DNA of 64,000 nucleotides from a virus (Duplodnaviria; Caudoviricetes): IMG/VR virus record IMGVR_UViG_2894787282_000001, positions 53,387 to 117,386 of that record; one strand, 5' to 3'. Shown piece by piece: positions 55,482 to 64,000 of this stretch (position 1 is its first letter; each line of letters starts with the position of its first letter). The notes under the pieces were generated by a model. It saw only the letters and a program-made list of their open reading frames with translations, ran no database searches and was not told where the DNA came from. The position numbers and the translations under genes were made by a program.

Positions 55482-56839
55482 GCGCCCGGCTTGATGCGAT
55501 GGCGGATGCGGCCAATGGCGAGACGATGTCCAGCCACTGGCTGGATCAGTTGCGCATGGGCAGCTACCGGGGGGTGCCCTTCCACGTCGATAGTCTTGAC
55601 TGGACGCTGGGTGACAACGTGGTGGTGCGTGAGTACCCGTTTCAGGACTTGCCCACGGTGTTTCGGATGGGGCGGGCGGCCGAAGAGATCAAGTTCAGCG
55701 CCTATGTGATCGGTGATGACTATCACCTGCAGCGCGACGCGCTGATTGAGGCCTTGACTGGCAGTGGCCAACTGATGCACCCGACTGCCGGGACGATGCG
55801 TGTCTTTGTCAATGGCAAGTTCACCATCAAGGAAAACCCCACGGCTGAGGGCGGCATGGCGCGGTTTGAGTTGTCATTTGTGGTGGCTGAGACTCGGCGC
55901 TACCCGTCTGGCGTGGTGTCAACTGCCGGGGCTGCAGTTGCCGCGGCTGATGCTGCAAAAAAATCCAGTGCCGACGCCTTTGCATCGTCGTTTGACCTGA
56001 CCGGCAAGCATGGCTGGGCGGCAGACCGGGTGGTATCACGTGTGACGGACTCAGTGGCGGCGGTGTGGGGCCAGATGAAGACGGTGACCGGTGGCCTGGG
56101 TGACTACAGCAACGCCATCATTGGCAACTACCAGTCGCTGCGCGACGGTCTGACCGCCCTGGTACGCCAGCCGCGCCTGTTGGCCAACTCAGTGACTACG
56201 CTGTTTGCCTTGCCCAGCGATCTGAGTGCGGCGTCTTCCAGAGACTTTATGGCGGCCTTTGAAGGGCTGTTTGATGTCTCTTCGAAGGTGACTAAAAGGG
56301 ACTTTGAAGTGTCTGTGATGCCTGCGGTTGGTGCGGGGCTGGTGATGTTCGGCACGGGCAACGCCGATGTGTTGGGGTTGAGCACCCCGGCGCGAGCGCA
56401 GCTTGAAGCGCTGAGCACGGCCAGCGACCAGCTGATTGAGTCTTTTGCCGTGGCGAGCTGGGTACAGGCGGCATCAGTGGCTGAGCTGACCAGTTTTGAC
56501 GATGCCCTGGCGTTGCGGGCCACGCTGAATGCGCAGTGCACGCGGCTGCTGTTGCGGGCATCGACAGCGGCCGCCAGTGATGGATTGCCTGACTCGGCCT
56601 GGCATGACGCCATGCTGGCCTTGCTGACGGCCGGGCTGCGGGACATCCAGGAACGCAGCCGAGACATGGCACGCCTGAGCAGCTTCACGCCCGAGGCGTG
56701 GATGCCTGTTTGGTATGTGAGTTACCGGCTGTTTGGCACTGCGGCCTATGCGGATGAGATTTTGGCAATGAACCCACACATCACCCACCCGCTGCTGGTG
56801 CCGCCGGGCAAGGCGTTGCGCATCATGAGGCATGACTGA
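55478..56839 (+). CDS. DNA circularization protein (Mu N-like)
   Basis: GSYRGVPF..VVREYPF..HPTAG; start may be 55526. Confidence 0.88.
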   Translation: MSARLDAMADAANGETMSSHWLDQLRMGSYRGVPFHVDSLDWTLGDNVVVREYPFQDLPTVFRMGRAAEEIKFSAYVIGDDYHLQRDALIEALTGSGQLMHPTAGTMRVFVNGKFTIKENPTAEGGMARFELSFVVAETRRYPSGVVSTAGAAVAAADAAKKSSADAFASSFDLTGKHGWAADRVVSRVTDSVAAVWGQMKTVTGGLGDYSNAIIGNYQSLRDGLTALVRQPRLLANSVTTLFALPSDLSAASSRDFMAAFEGLFDVSSKVTKRDFEVSVMPAVGAGLVMFGTGNADVLGLSTPARAQLEALSTASDQLIESFAVASWVQAASVAELTSFDDALALRATLNAQCTRLLLRASTAAASDGLPDSAWHDAMLALLTAGLRDIQERSRDMARLSSFTPEAWMPVWYVSYRLFGTAAYADEILAMNPHITHPLLVPPGKALRIMRHD

Positions 56840-57954
56840 TGGTGGCGCAGTACACACGTGACAACGCCAAGATCATGGTGATCGTGAACGGCGTGGCGTA
56901 TGAAGGTTGGCTGCAGAGCGAGGTGGACCGCAACCTGGAGGCGCTGTGCGGGACGTTCAGCATCCCGATCTCGCTGGTGCCGGGCAAGCCGCCAGCCATC
57001 AAGCGCCAGGACCTGGTGCAGATCAAGATTGGTGACACCATTGTGCTGACGGGCTATGTGCTGGCGGCTGAGCCGTTTTACCGGCGTGGCGACTGTGGCA
57101 TGCGCATCACTGGCCGATCCCGTGCGGGTGACCTGGTGCGGTGCTCTGCGATCTACAAGGGCGGGCAATGGCGCAGTGCCAAGATTGACCGCATCATCAA
57201 GGACATCGTGCAGCCGTTTGGCCTGGAAGTGAAGGTGGATGCCGACATTGGTGCGGTGGTGCAGGATTTCAAACTGGGACACGGTGAGTCGGCACTGGAC
57301 GCGGTGGCCAGGGCGGCGCGGCTGCGGGGCGTGCTGGTGACCAGCGACGACGCGGGCCGGGTGCTGCTGACCAAGGCGGGCACGAAGCGCTTCAAGGGGT
57401 CGATTGTGCGGGGCCACAACGTGATCGCCATGGAGGGCATTGGCAGCGATGAGGAGCGGCACAGCGAATACATCGCCTATGGCCAGAGTACCGACTTGAC
57501 GATGGATTTTGACCAGGCACGTGGGTTGAAGGCGAGTGCCAAGGATGATGAGATCACCCGGTATCTGCCGCTGGTGATCAATGCCGATGGCAACACTACC
57601 CAGGCTGAGCTGACCACGTTGGTCAAACACACGGTGCGGGTGCGCCGGGGGCATTCGATGGGCTTTCGCTACCAGGTAGAGGGCTGGACGTTTGAGGGGG
57701 AGCCGTGGCCTCTGAATCAGCGCGTGCCCATCTATGACGATGTGGCCGGGCTGGACGGTGCTGAGTGGTTGATCTGCGGGGTAAAGCAAACCTGTGATCT
57801 GAAAGAAGGTGATGTGACAGACCTGACTGTGCGGCCCGTCGAGGCGTATGACACGGCACCGCTTAAAACCAAAGTGAAGCGGCACAACTGGGGCAACAAG
57901 GGCAATACCACCAACCACCCGCGCGGGCCGAACGACAAGGCAGGGGGCGGCTGA
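56839..57954 (+). CDS. Baseplate hub (Mu gp44-like)
   Basis: YEGW, GRSRAGDLVRCS, GESALD. Confidence 0.88.
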   Translation: MVAQYTRDNAKIMVIVNGVAYEGWLQSEVDRNLEALCGTFSIPISLVPGKPPAIKRQDLVQIKIGDTIVLTGYVLAAEPFYRRGDCGMRITGRSRAGDLVRCSAIYKGGQWRSAKIDRIIKDIVQPFGLEVKVDADIGAVVQDFKLGHGESALDAVARAARLRGVLVTSDDAGRVLLTKAGTKRFKGSIVRGHNVIAMEGIGSDEERHSEYIAYGQSTDLTMDFDQARGLKASAKDDEITRYLPLVINADGNTTQAELTTLVKHTVRVRRGHSMGFRYQVEGWTFEGEPWPLNQRVPIYDDVAGLDGAEWLICGVKQTCDLKEGDVTDLTVRPVEAYDTAPLKTKVKRHNWGNKGNTTNHPRGPNDKAGGG

Positions 57955-58427
57955 TGTGGGCCAACTTGATGCGCTGGGTGCGAATTCGTGGACTGACCGA
58001 GGGCAAGATGCAAAAAGGCCGGGTGGAAGGCCTGCCCAATGATGTGCGTGACGCTGCTCAGCGGCCGCAGGACTATGGCTTTGCAGGCAACCCGGTTGAT
58101 GGCCAGGGGCTGAAGCTGGAGATTGGTGGCCACACGGTGATCATCCGCATGGATCGCGTTGCCGAGCGGCCTCACCTGGCAGCCTATGAAGTGGCGGTGT
58201 GGCACAAGGAAGGCCACATGGTGCGACTCAAGGCGGGCCGAATCGTGCAGGTGGACTGTGACCAGTTTGTTGTCAATGCCTCTGCTGGGGTGGTTTTCAA
58301 CACGCCTGCAGTCACTGCATCTGGCGCAATGGCTGCGGCGACCAGTCTCAAGGTGGGAGGCAAGGAAGTGCTTGGCCACAACCATGGAAGTGTGCAGCGA
58401 GGTTCGGACAGTACCGCCAACTTCTGA
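57954..58427 (+). CDS. Baseplate spike (Mu gp45-like)
   Basis: QDYGFAGNP; C-terminal HNH iron-binding motif. Confidence 0.85.
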   Translation: MWANLMRWVRIRGLTEGKMQKGRVEGLPNDVRDAAQRPQDYGFAGNPVDGQGLKLEIGGHTVIIRMDRVAERPHLAAYEVAVWHKEGHMVRLKAGRIVQVDCDQFVVNASAGVVFNTPAVTASGAMAAATSLKVGGKEVLGHNHGSVQRGSDSTANF

Positions 58428-58433
58428 CGAACC

Positions 58434-58478
58434 GGTGAAGTGTTTCACCATGACCTGGTGAGGTGCTTTTAAGACACT
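58434..58478 (+). promoter_or_regulatory. Late promoter (baseplate/fibre operon)
   Basis: GGTGAA-GTGT-TTCACC, 23 nt, GACACT. Confidence 0.75.
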
Positions 58479-58484
58479 GGCTGC

Positions 58485-59075
58485 ATGTTTGATGTGGCTA
58501 CCCGACCCCAACCCAATAGCAACGATGCAGCCAGCGTGTTTGGCGTGCCGTTTGACTGGCGGCTGGTCACGCCCGGACCGGCTGTAGCCTACCCATGGAA
58601 AGACTTTGCGCAGCCCAACGGCGTGCCAGTGGTGTATGCGGACGTGCTGTCCACCTATTCGGTCGAGCTGGAGGACACGCTGCAGACAGCCATCATCTTG
58701 TCGCTGTTCAGTGACCGGCGTGCCACAGTCGATGACACCTTGCCGCTGAATGAGACTGACCGGCGCGGTTGGGTCGGTGATGAATTTTCAAGTGATGACT
58801 TTGACACGCGCGCAGACGCCTGGGGTTCGCGCTTGTGGTTGTGCTACTACGGCAAGGCGGGCGTAGGTGTGCTGGAGGCGGCGCGCTTTGCCGCCCAGGA
58901 GTCCCTGGACTGGCTGGTGCGTGATGGCATTGCCGACCGGGTGACCGTGACGGCGCAATGGGCGGGTGAACGTGGTGACCGCCTGGCAGTACGCCCGATG
59001 ATCTACAAGCCCGACCAGGTGCGCCCGGTGTATGACGTGCTCTGGGGCACCAGTATCAAGAGGTTGACGCAATGA
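58485..59075 (+). CDS. Baseplate protein (Mu gp46-like)
   Basis: TAIILSLFSDRRA..RRGWVGD..GSRLWL. Confidence 0.88.
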   Translation: MFDVATRPQPNSNDAASVFGVPFDWRLVTPGPAVAYPWKDFAQPNGVPVVYADVLSTYSVELEDTLQTAIILSLFSDRRATVDDTLPLNETDRRGWVGDEFSSDDFDTRADAWGSRLWLCYYGKAGVGVLEAARFAAQESLDWLVRDGIADRVTVTAQWAGERGDRLAVRPMIYKPDQVRPVYDVLWGTSIKRLTQ

Positions 59076-60214
59076 GCAGCTCACCACTTGGGACCGCGAT
59101 CCCCTCTATCAATGACCTGCAGCAGAACGTCGCCCGGCTGCTGCAGCAGCAATTGCTGGCAAGCCAACAGACGGCCAGTCCGTCCATCGGTCTGGGCGTC
59201 AATGACCTGGACCTGGCGCGCAGCAACATCAAGGCGCTGGCGTTTGTGAAGGCTGTGGGGCTGCATGGTGCCTACCGTTACCTGCGGGACTTCATTGCCA
59301 GGCAGGCCATCCCGATCAAGTCATCTGGTGAGTTTCTGGATGGGTGGTTGGCTACCTATTTTGAAGAAAGCCAGAGGCGTAAGGGAGCGGCTGCAGCTAC
59401 CGGTCTTGCGAATGGCACCGGCGTAACAGCGACTCTTTTGGAAGCAGGCACGCTCATGCAAACCTCGGATGGTCGCCAATACAAAGTTAGTGCTGATGCG
59501 GTAGTGGTCGCTGGCGTGGTGACCCCCTCGGTGGTAGCGCTGGTGGCTGGTGCTGCGAGCAACTTGAGCGGCGGCACGGTTTTGACGCTGGTGTCTCCGG
59601 TGGCAGGTATCGATTCCAACTTTGTGGCCGCTATGCCAAACGGTGTGAGCAATGGGGCCGATGCTGAGACGGACACCCAGGCGATCTACCGTTTGCAGCA
59701 GCGTCTGAGCAATGAACCGATGGGTGGGTGCCCGGCTGACTATGCGCGCTGGGCGTTACAGGTGGCAGGTATCACGCGGGCCTGGGGATTGCGCAACCCG
59801 GCCGGGGCAACGTCGGCGGGGGTGATCATCATGGCGGATGGCAACGTTTCACCAGGCTTGCCGACCGCTGGCCAGCGTCAGGCCGTGCTGGATTACATCC
59901 GTGACCCGAAACGTGGACCGCCCGATGAGCTGTTTGTGATCATCCCGACGCCAGTCGTTCACAACTACACGCTGAGCATTTCTCCCGACACGAAAGCAAC
60001 TCGCGATGCCACAGTGCTGGCTTTACAAGACCTGTATTTCAGGGAAGCAGTTCCTGGCGGATCAATGCCCCACTCCCATCCCAAGGAGGCAATCAGCGGT
60101 GTGGTTGGTGAGTACAACCACAGCATCAGCGCGCCAGCGCTTACAGAAGGCGGTGTGTTCACCGTTGGAACCTACAGCAGCCTGCTGGTGCTAGGCACGG
60201 TGACGTTTGTCTGA
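59072..60214 (+). CDS. Baseplate J-like protein (Mu gp47)
   Basis: GADAETD..GGCPADYARWA..GITRAW. Confidence 0.9.
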   Translation: MSSSPLGTAIPSINDLQQNVARLLQQQLLASQQTASPSIGLGVNDLDLARSNIKALAFVKAVGLHGAYRYLRDFIARQAIPIKSSGEFLDGWLATYFEESQRRKGAAAATGLANGTGVTATLLEAGTLMQTSDGRQYKVSADAVVVAGVVTPSVVALVAGAASNLSGGTVLTLVSPVAGIDSNFVAAMPNGVSNGADAETDTQAIYRLQQRLSNEPMGGCPADYARWALQVAGITRAWGLRNPAGATSAGVIIMADGNVSPGLPTAGQRQAVLDYIRDPKRGPPDELFVIIPTPVVHNYTLSISPDTKATRDATVLALQDLYFREAVPGGSMPHSHPKEAISGVVGEYNHSISAPALTEGGVFTVGTYSSLLVLGTVTFV

Positions 60215-60216
60215 CC

Positions 60217-60804
60217 ATGGATAAGTTCTGGCAAGCGCTCACCTATCTGCTGCCCAGCGGTTTTGCCTGGCCACGCGACCCCAACTCGACGTTGATGCGG
60301 GTGATGCGGGCGCTGGCGGGTGCCTTGAGTGACCTGCACGAGTTCACCAGGCTGACGGCGAACCAATGGCAACCCCACCAGACGGTCACACGCTTGGCCG
60401 AGTGGGAAGAAGCCACTGGCCTACCGGATGCGTGTTTTGGCACCAGCCAGAGTGATGACTTGCGGCGCAAGTTGCTGCTGTCACGCCTGCGCGGGCCGGT
60501 GTTGGCCTATGCAGATTCAAGCCCGGCCAGCCCTGGTGCGCTGGTAGCCATTTGTGCCTGGCTTGGCTACAAGGCCACCGTTCAATACAACACACCGTTT
60601 CGCTGTGGGATGCGGGTTGGCAGGCGTCTTGGTGCCTTGGACGGCCATCTGTGGATCACGGTAACCATCGAGTCAAAAAGGTTTCGGTGCGGTTCCCGTG
60701 TTGGAGAGCGCTTGCGCAGTGGCACTTTGAATGGAGGAGAACTCGCCTGCTATCTCAAACGTGTTGTTCCTGCGCGCTACAGCGTCAACGTCATTTTTGT
60801 TTGA
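60217..60804 (+). CDS. Baseplate wedge (Mu gp48/DUF2313-like)
   Basis: LLPSGFAW..LAEWEEATGLPD..PFRCG. Confidence 0.85.
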   Translation: MDKFWQALTYLLPSGFAWPRDPNSTLMRVMRALAGALSDLHEFTRLTANQWQPHQTVTRLAEWEEATGLPDACFGTSQSDDLRRKLLLSRLRGPVLAYADSSPASPGALVAICAWLGYKATVQYNTPFRCGMRVGRRLGALDGHLWITVTIESKRFRCGSRVGERLRSGTLNGGELACYLKRVVPARYSVNVIFV

Positions 60805-60811
60805 GGTAATC

Positions 60812-61816
60812 ATGGACTACACAATCAGCGACTCATATGCAACCGACGCCGGCACCGGCAATCGGATGCATCAAGACACGGCAGCTGTCACCTCGGAGTT
60901 CTCTGCTCAAGACGCCAATGGTCTTATTTGGGAAGCCCTGGCGGCGATCAAGGCGGGCGGGCTTGTGCCTGCAGCGTTTGACAAGGCAGTGCCTGCCACC
61001 TACACCCAGTTGCGCGATGCCATTGCGATTGCGGTGCGCCTGCAGTCTGCCGCCTACGCCAGCGCAGGTGGAACGGCCGACGCCTCGACCGGGGTTTATG
61101 CGCCGGTGGTGCCTGCGCTGGTCAACGGTCTGACTCTTTACGTGCGTGCAGCCACAGCCAATGCCACGCCGACCCCCACTTTCTCGCCAAACGGTCTCGC
61201 TGCCAAGCAGATCGTGAAAGGAAACGGCTTGCCGTTGGTGGCAGGAGACATTGCCGGTGCTGGGCACTGGCTTGAACTGAAATATGACCTAGCGCTTGAC
61301 AAGTGGGTACTGCTTAATCCGGCCACGGGTATTTCTTCTCAGATGCCCGGTGAAGTGTGCCTGTTTGCTCGGTCTACACCGCCTTCCGGCTTTCTTAAGG
61401 CAAACGGCGCCGCCGTTTCGCGCGCTGCATATGCCAGCCTATTCAACGCCATCGGCACCATATTTGGTGGTGGTGATGGAGTAGCGACCTTCAATCTTCC
61501 CGACCTGCGTGGTGAGTTTTTACGCGGTTTTGATGACGCTCGTGGAGTTGACCCGGCGCGAGTGTTCGGTTCACCGCAAGCCCAAGATTTCCTGGCACAC
61601 GCACACTTTGCATTTGGCTACATGGACCGAAATTCAATCGGTTCTGCATATGCGCTTACCGGTCAAGCATTTCCTGTCGCAGGTAAAGGATTTGCTTCAA
61701 GTTCTGTAAGTTACCCAATCACAACCGAAATGAGTGGCGCCGCCCAAGGCGCGTACTCGGGAGGCACTGAAACCCGGCCCCGTAACGTTGCTCTTCTTGC
61801 CTGCATCAAGTACTGA
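60812..61816 (+). CDS. Tail fibre with collar domain
   Basis: PSGFLKANGAAVSR..FNLPDLRGEFLRG..ETRPRNVALLACIKY. Confidence 0.88.
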   Translation: MDYTISDSYATDAGTGNRMHQDTAAVTSEFSAQDANGLIWEALAAIKAGGLVPAAFDKAVPATYTQLRDAIAIAVRLQSAAYASAGGTADASTGVYAPVVPALVNGLTLYVRAATANATPTPTFSPNGLAAKQIVKGNGLPLVAGDIAGAGHWLELKYDLALDKWVLLNPATGISSQMPGEVCLFARSTPPSGFLKANGAAVSRAAYASLFNAIGTIFGGGDGVATFNLPDLRGEFLRGFDDARGVDPARVFGSPQAQDFLAHAHFAFGYMDRNSIGSAYALTGQAFPVAGKGFASSSVSYPITTEMSGAAQGAYSGGTETRPRNVALLACIKY

Positions 61817-61827
61817 TTTTGACCGCC

Positions 61828-62469
61828 ATGAAAAAAACTATTTATAACTTCGACCAAAAAACTGGTGAATTGGTTTTCGAATCGCAAGCGGATGAATCCC
61901 CGCTGGAACCCGGTGTAGCTCTAATCCCGGCCTACGCCACCGACATCAAGCCGCCGAAGGCGGGGGCACACGAAGCTGCCGTATTTGTGGATGCAAAGTG
62001 GCATAAGAAACCAGACTGGCGAGGCGTTGTTCTCTTCAGCACTACGGATGGCTCATCCGTAGTGCTCAGTGAGTTGGACAAAACGCCCGATGGTGTGGGC
62101 GCGACTGAGTGGCCGAGGCCAAGCGCCTCACACATTTGGAAAAACGGGGCATGGGCGCTTGATGAAACCAAGTTTTCAGCGCAGCTTGCAGCGTCAAAAG
62201 TGGATGCGCTCACTCGAGTAAGAGAAATGCGCAGACTTGTTTTCAACACCTTAGCAGGCCTGCAGTCCGAGGCCTTGACCAACGGCGACATGGGTGCAGC
62301 CCAAAGCATTGCCGTGATCCAGGGCAAGCTGCGCGGGTTGCCTGACGTCGACCTGTCGGAATGTCAGACTGTGGACGAGGTTAATGCGACTTTTTCGGCC
62401 GCCTGGCAGACGATTGTGGCGTCTGCTGCACCGGGTCTGATCAGCGCATTCGCTGGGGTTGACCTGTGA
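61828..62469 (+). CDS. Tail fibre assembly protein
   Basis: ADESPLEPGV.LIPAYAT..PP..PDWRG. Confidence 0.75.
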   Translation: MKKTIYNFDQKTGELVFESQADESPLEPGVALIPAYATDIKPPKAGAHEAAVFVDAKWHKKPDWRGVVLFSTTDGSSVVLSELDKTPDGVGATEWPRPSASHIWKNGAWALDETKFSAQLAASKVDALTRVREMRRLVFNTLAGLQSEALTNGDMGAAQSIAVIQGKLRGLPDVDLSECQTVDEVNATFSAAWQTIVASAAPGLISAFAGVDL

Positions 62470-62882
62470 CCGCCCTCTATGCCGCCCTGGCCACTTTGGG
62501 CTACCTGTGGGCCTTTTGGTTGTTGTATGTCCTGACGATGGGCCTGTACCGTGCCAGCCTGTCGGGCAAGCTGACCCGCGTGGCGCTGGTGCTCGGCTCG
62601 CCATTCGTCATCCTGGCCATCGCAGTCGATCTGTTGGCCAACTGGACGCTGGCCACGCTTTGGTTTTGGCAGTGGCCTGCCAAGTCCGATTGGCCCAAGC
62701 TATCGTTTGTAGGGTGGCGGCCCACCGTCGTTTGGCAGCGGCCTGACCTGGTGACCAGCCGGTTATCTCGCTATATCGACGGCCCTGACGGTTGGCGCAA
62801 GGATCATGCGACATGGCTGTGTCACAGCCTGCTGGATGCCTTCGACCCAAGCGGAACACACTGCAAAAGAAAAATTAGTTAA
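62466..62882 (+). CDS. Membrane hypothetical protein
   Basis: TM helices; VTSRLSRY..C..LLD.FDPSG.HC. Confidence 0.7.
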   Translation: MTALYAALATLGYLWAFWLLYVLTMGLYRASLSGKLTRVALVLGSPFVILAIAVDLLANWTLATLWFWQWPAKSDWPKLSFVGWRPTVVWQRPDLVTSRLSRYIDGPDGWRKDHATWLCHSLLDAFDPSGTHCKRKIS

Positions 62883-63003
62883 AACAGGGCGAGGGCCTGG
62901 GGTGCGCTAACACCTCAAGCCCCCGCCGCCGCCGTGAGTGACCACGGCATTGACCGAAGACCCTGCCACCTGTACAGGTCAGGGCATTATGGAAGATGCC
63001 GAC

Positions 63004-63297
63004 ATGCAAGAAGTGAGATGTGGTGCCTGTGGCAAGCTGTTGGCCATTGGTGATTACAAAAGACTGCAGATAAAGTGCCCGCGTTGCCGGGTGCTCAATG
63101 ACCTGAGGGCCGAGAGCCTCCAACCTGAACGCCTCAGAGCGTCATCAAAAAATGGATTGACTGATGACGACAGAACGAGCAGCGCAGAGCACCTTCAACA
63201 ACACGGCCGATCTGGACATGATTCAGGCGGCGCCGATGGTGCAGTGGGTAGGCGGAAAGCGCCGCCTCGCACCACACATCCTGCCGGTGTTTCCTGA
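63004..63297 (+). CDS. com: Com-like zinc-finger translational regulator
   Basis: VRCGACGKLLA..IKCPRC; directly upstream of methylase. Confidence 0.8.
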   Translation: MQEVRCGACGKLLAIGDYKRLQIKCPRCRVLNDLRAESLQPERLRASSKNGLTDDDRTSSAEHLQQHGRSGHDSGGADGAVGRRKAPPRTTHPAGVS

Positions 63298-64000
63298 GCA
63301 CACCTGCTATGTGGAACCCTTCTGCGGTGCGGCCGCGTTGTTTTTCCTCAAGGCGCCCGTGAAGGTCGAGGTGCTCAACGATGTGAACGGTGAACTGGTC
63401 ACCCTGTATCGAGTGGTGCAGCATCACCTGGAGGAGTTTGTCAGGCACTTCAAATGGGCGCTGGCCAGCCGAGAGATTTACAAGTGGCTGCAGATAACCC
63501 CGTCTGAGACCTTGACGGACATCCAAAGGGCGGCCAGGTTCTTTTACCTACAAAAACTGGGCTTTGGCGGCAAGGTGACCGGGCAGACGTTTGGAACCGC
63601 CACCGTGCGGCCCGCTGGGTTGAACCTGCTGCGCCTTGAAGAACAGCTCAGCGCCGTGCACCTTCGGCTGCATCAGGTGTTTATCGAGCGACTGGAGTGG
63701 TCTGCCTGCGTTGAGCGTTATGACCGTCCACACAGTCTGTTTTATCTGGACCCGCCGTACTTTGGCACTGTCGGCTATGGCGTTCCATTTGGTCTTGAGC
63801 AATACGACCAGATGGCGCAGCTGATGGGTTCGATGAAGGGTAAGGCTGTGGTGAGTGTCAATGACATCCCTGAGATGCGCCTGGCATTCAAGGGACACCA
63901 CTTCAAGCAGGTGAGCATCAGCTACACGGTCGGTGCATCTGGACGTGGTCGGGTGCCCAAAGGCGAGTTGATCATCAGCAACTTCAATCCAGGCGTTTGA
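63164..64000 (+). CDS. DNA adenine methyltransferase (Dam/D12 class)
   Basis: WVGGKRRL, YVEPFCG, NDVN, LDPPY; start may be 63218. Confidence 0.92.
   Translation: MTTERAAQSTFNNTADLDMIQAAPMVQWVGGKRRLAPHILPVFPEHTCYVEPFCGAAALFFLKAPVKVEVLNDVNGELVTLYRVVQHHLEEFVRHFKWALASREIYKWLQITPSETLTDIQRAARFFYLQKLGFGGKVTGQTFGTATVRPAGLNLLRLEEQLSAVHLRLHQVFIERLEWSACVERYDRPHSLFYLDPPYFGTVGYGVPFGLEQYDQMAQLMGSMKGKAVVSVNDIPEMRLAFKGHHFKQVSISYTVGASGRGRVPKGELIISNFNPGV

Larger units (their letters stand above)
26269..64000. mobile_element. Mu-like transposable prophage (contractile tail); right end beyond window
   Basis: DDE transposase, AAA MuB, Mor/C, GemA, Mu-type head, tail and baseplate genes, com; 5'-TG end at 26269 inferred from an abrupt composition change. 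Confidence 0.92.

Noticed and set aside
60812-64000. Invertible tail-fibre segment or diversity-generating retroelement
   Set aside because: No invertase, reverse transcriptase, second fibre copy or template repeat is visible in the window.
1-64000. CRISPR array or rRNA
   Set aside because: No regularly spaced repeat-spacer array or rRNA-like sequence was seen.

Overview
Betaproteobacterial (Comamonadaceae/Rhodoferax-like, inferred) chromosome segment with two prophages around a short host block. (1) 1-~18,015: right arm of a tyrosine-integrase prophage inserted at the 3' end of tRNA-His. It carries a DHH phosphoesterase, SNF2 helicase, family-B DNA polymerase, SSB-like protein, VRR-NUC nuclease, ATP-dependent ligase, five free-standing HNH endonuclease genes and a run of very acidic hypothetical proteins. 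(2) ~18,016-26,268: host genes tRNA-His, dinG, ackA, uxaB, pyk and a truncated gene. (3) 26,269-64,000+: a nearly complete Mu-like transposable myophage whose late genes are split into a leftward lysis/packaging arm and a rightward head/tail arm. Most striking: the PolB gene is cut in two at the tip of the fingers by an HNH-AP2 gene with no intron or intein, and both halves have gained heptad-patterned helical extensions that could zip the enzyme back together. Also notable: four identically spaced activator-dependent late promoters (three apparently leaderless), a C4-type antisense RNA before rha, a MuF protein with a C-terminal extension, and a structured leader before com-dam. All family assignments come from motif recognition by eye; no database searches were run.
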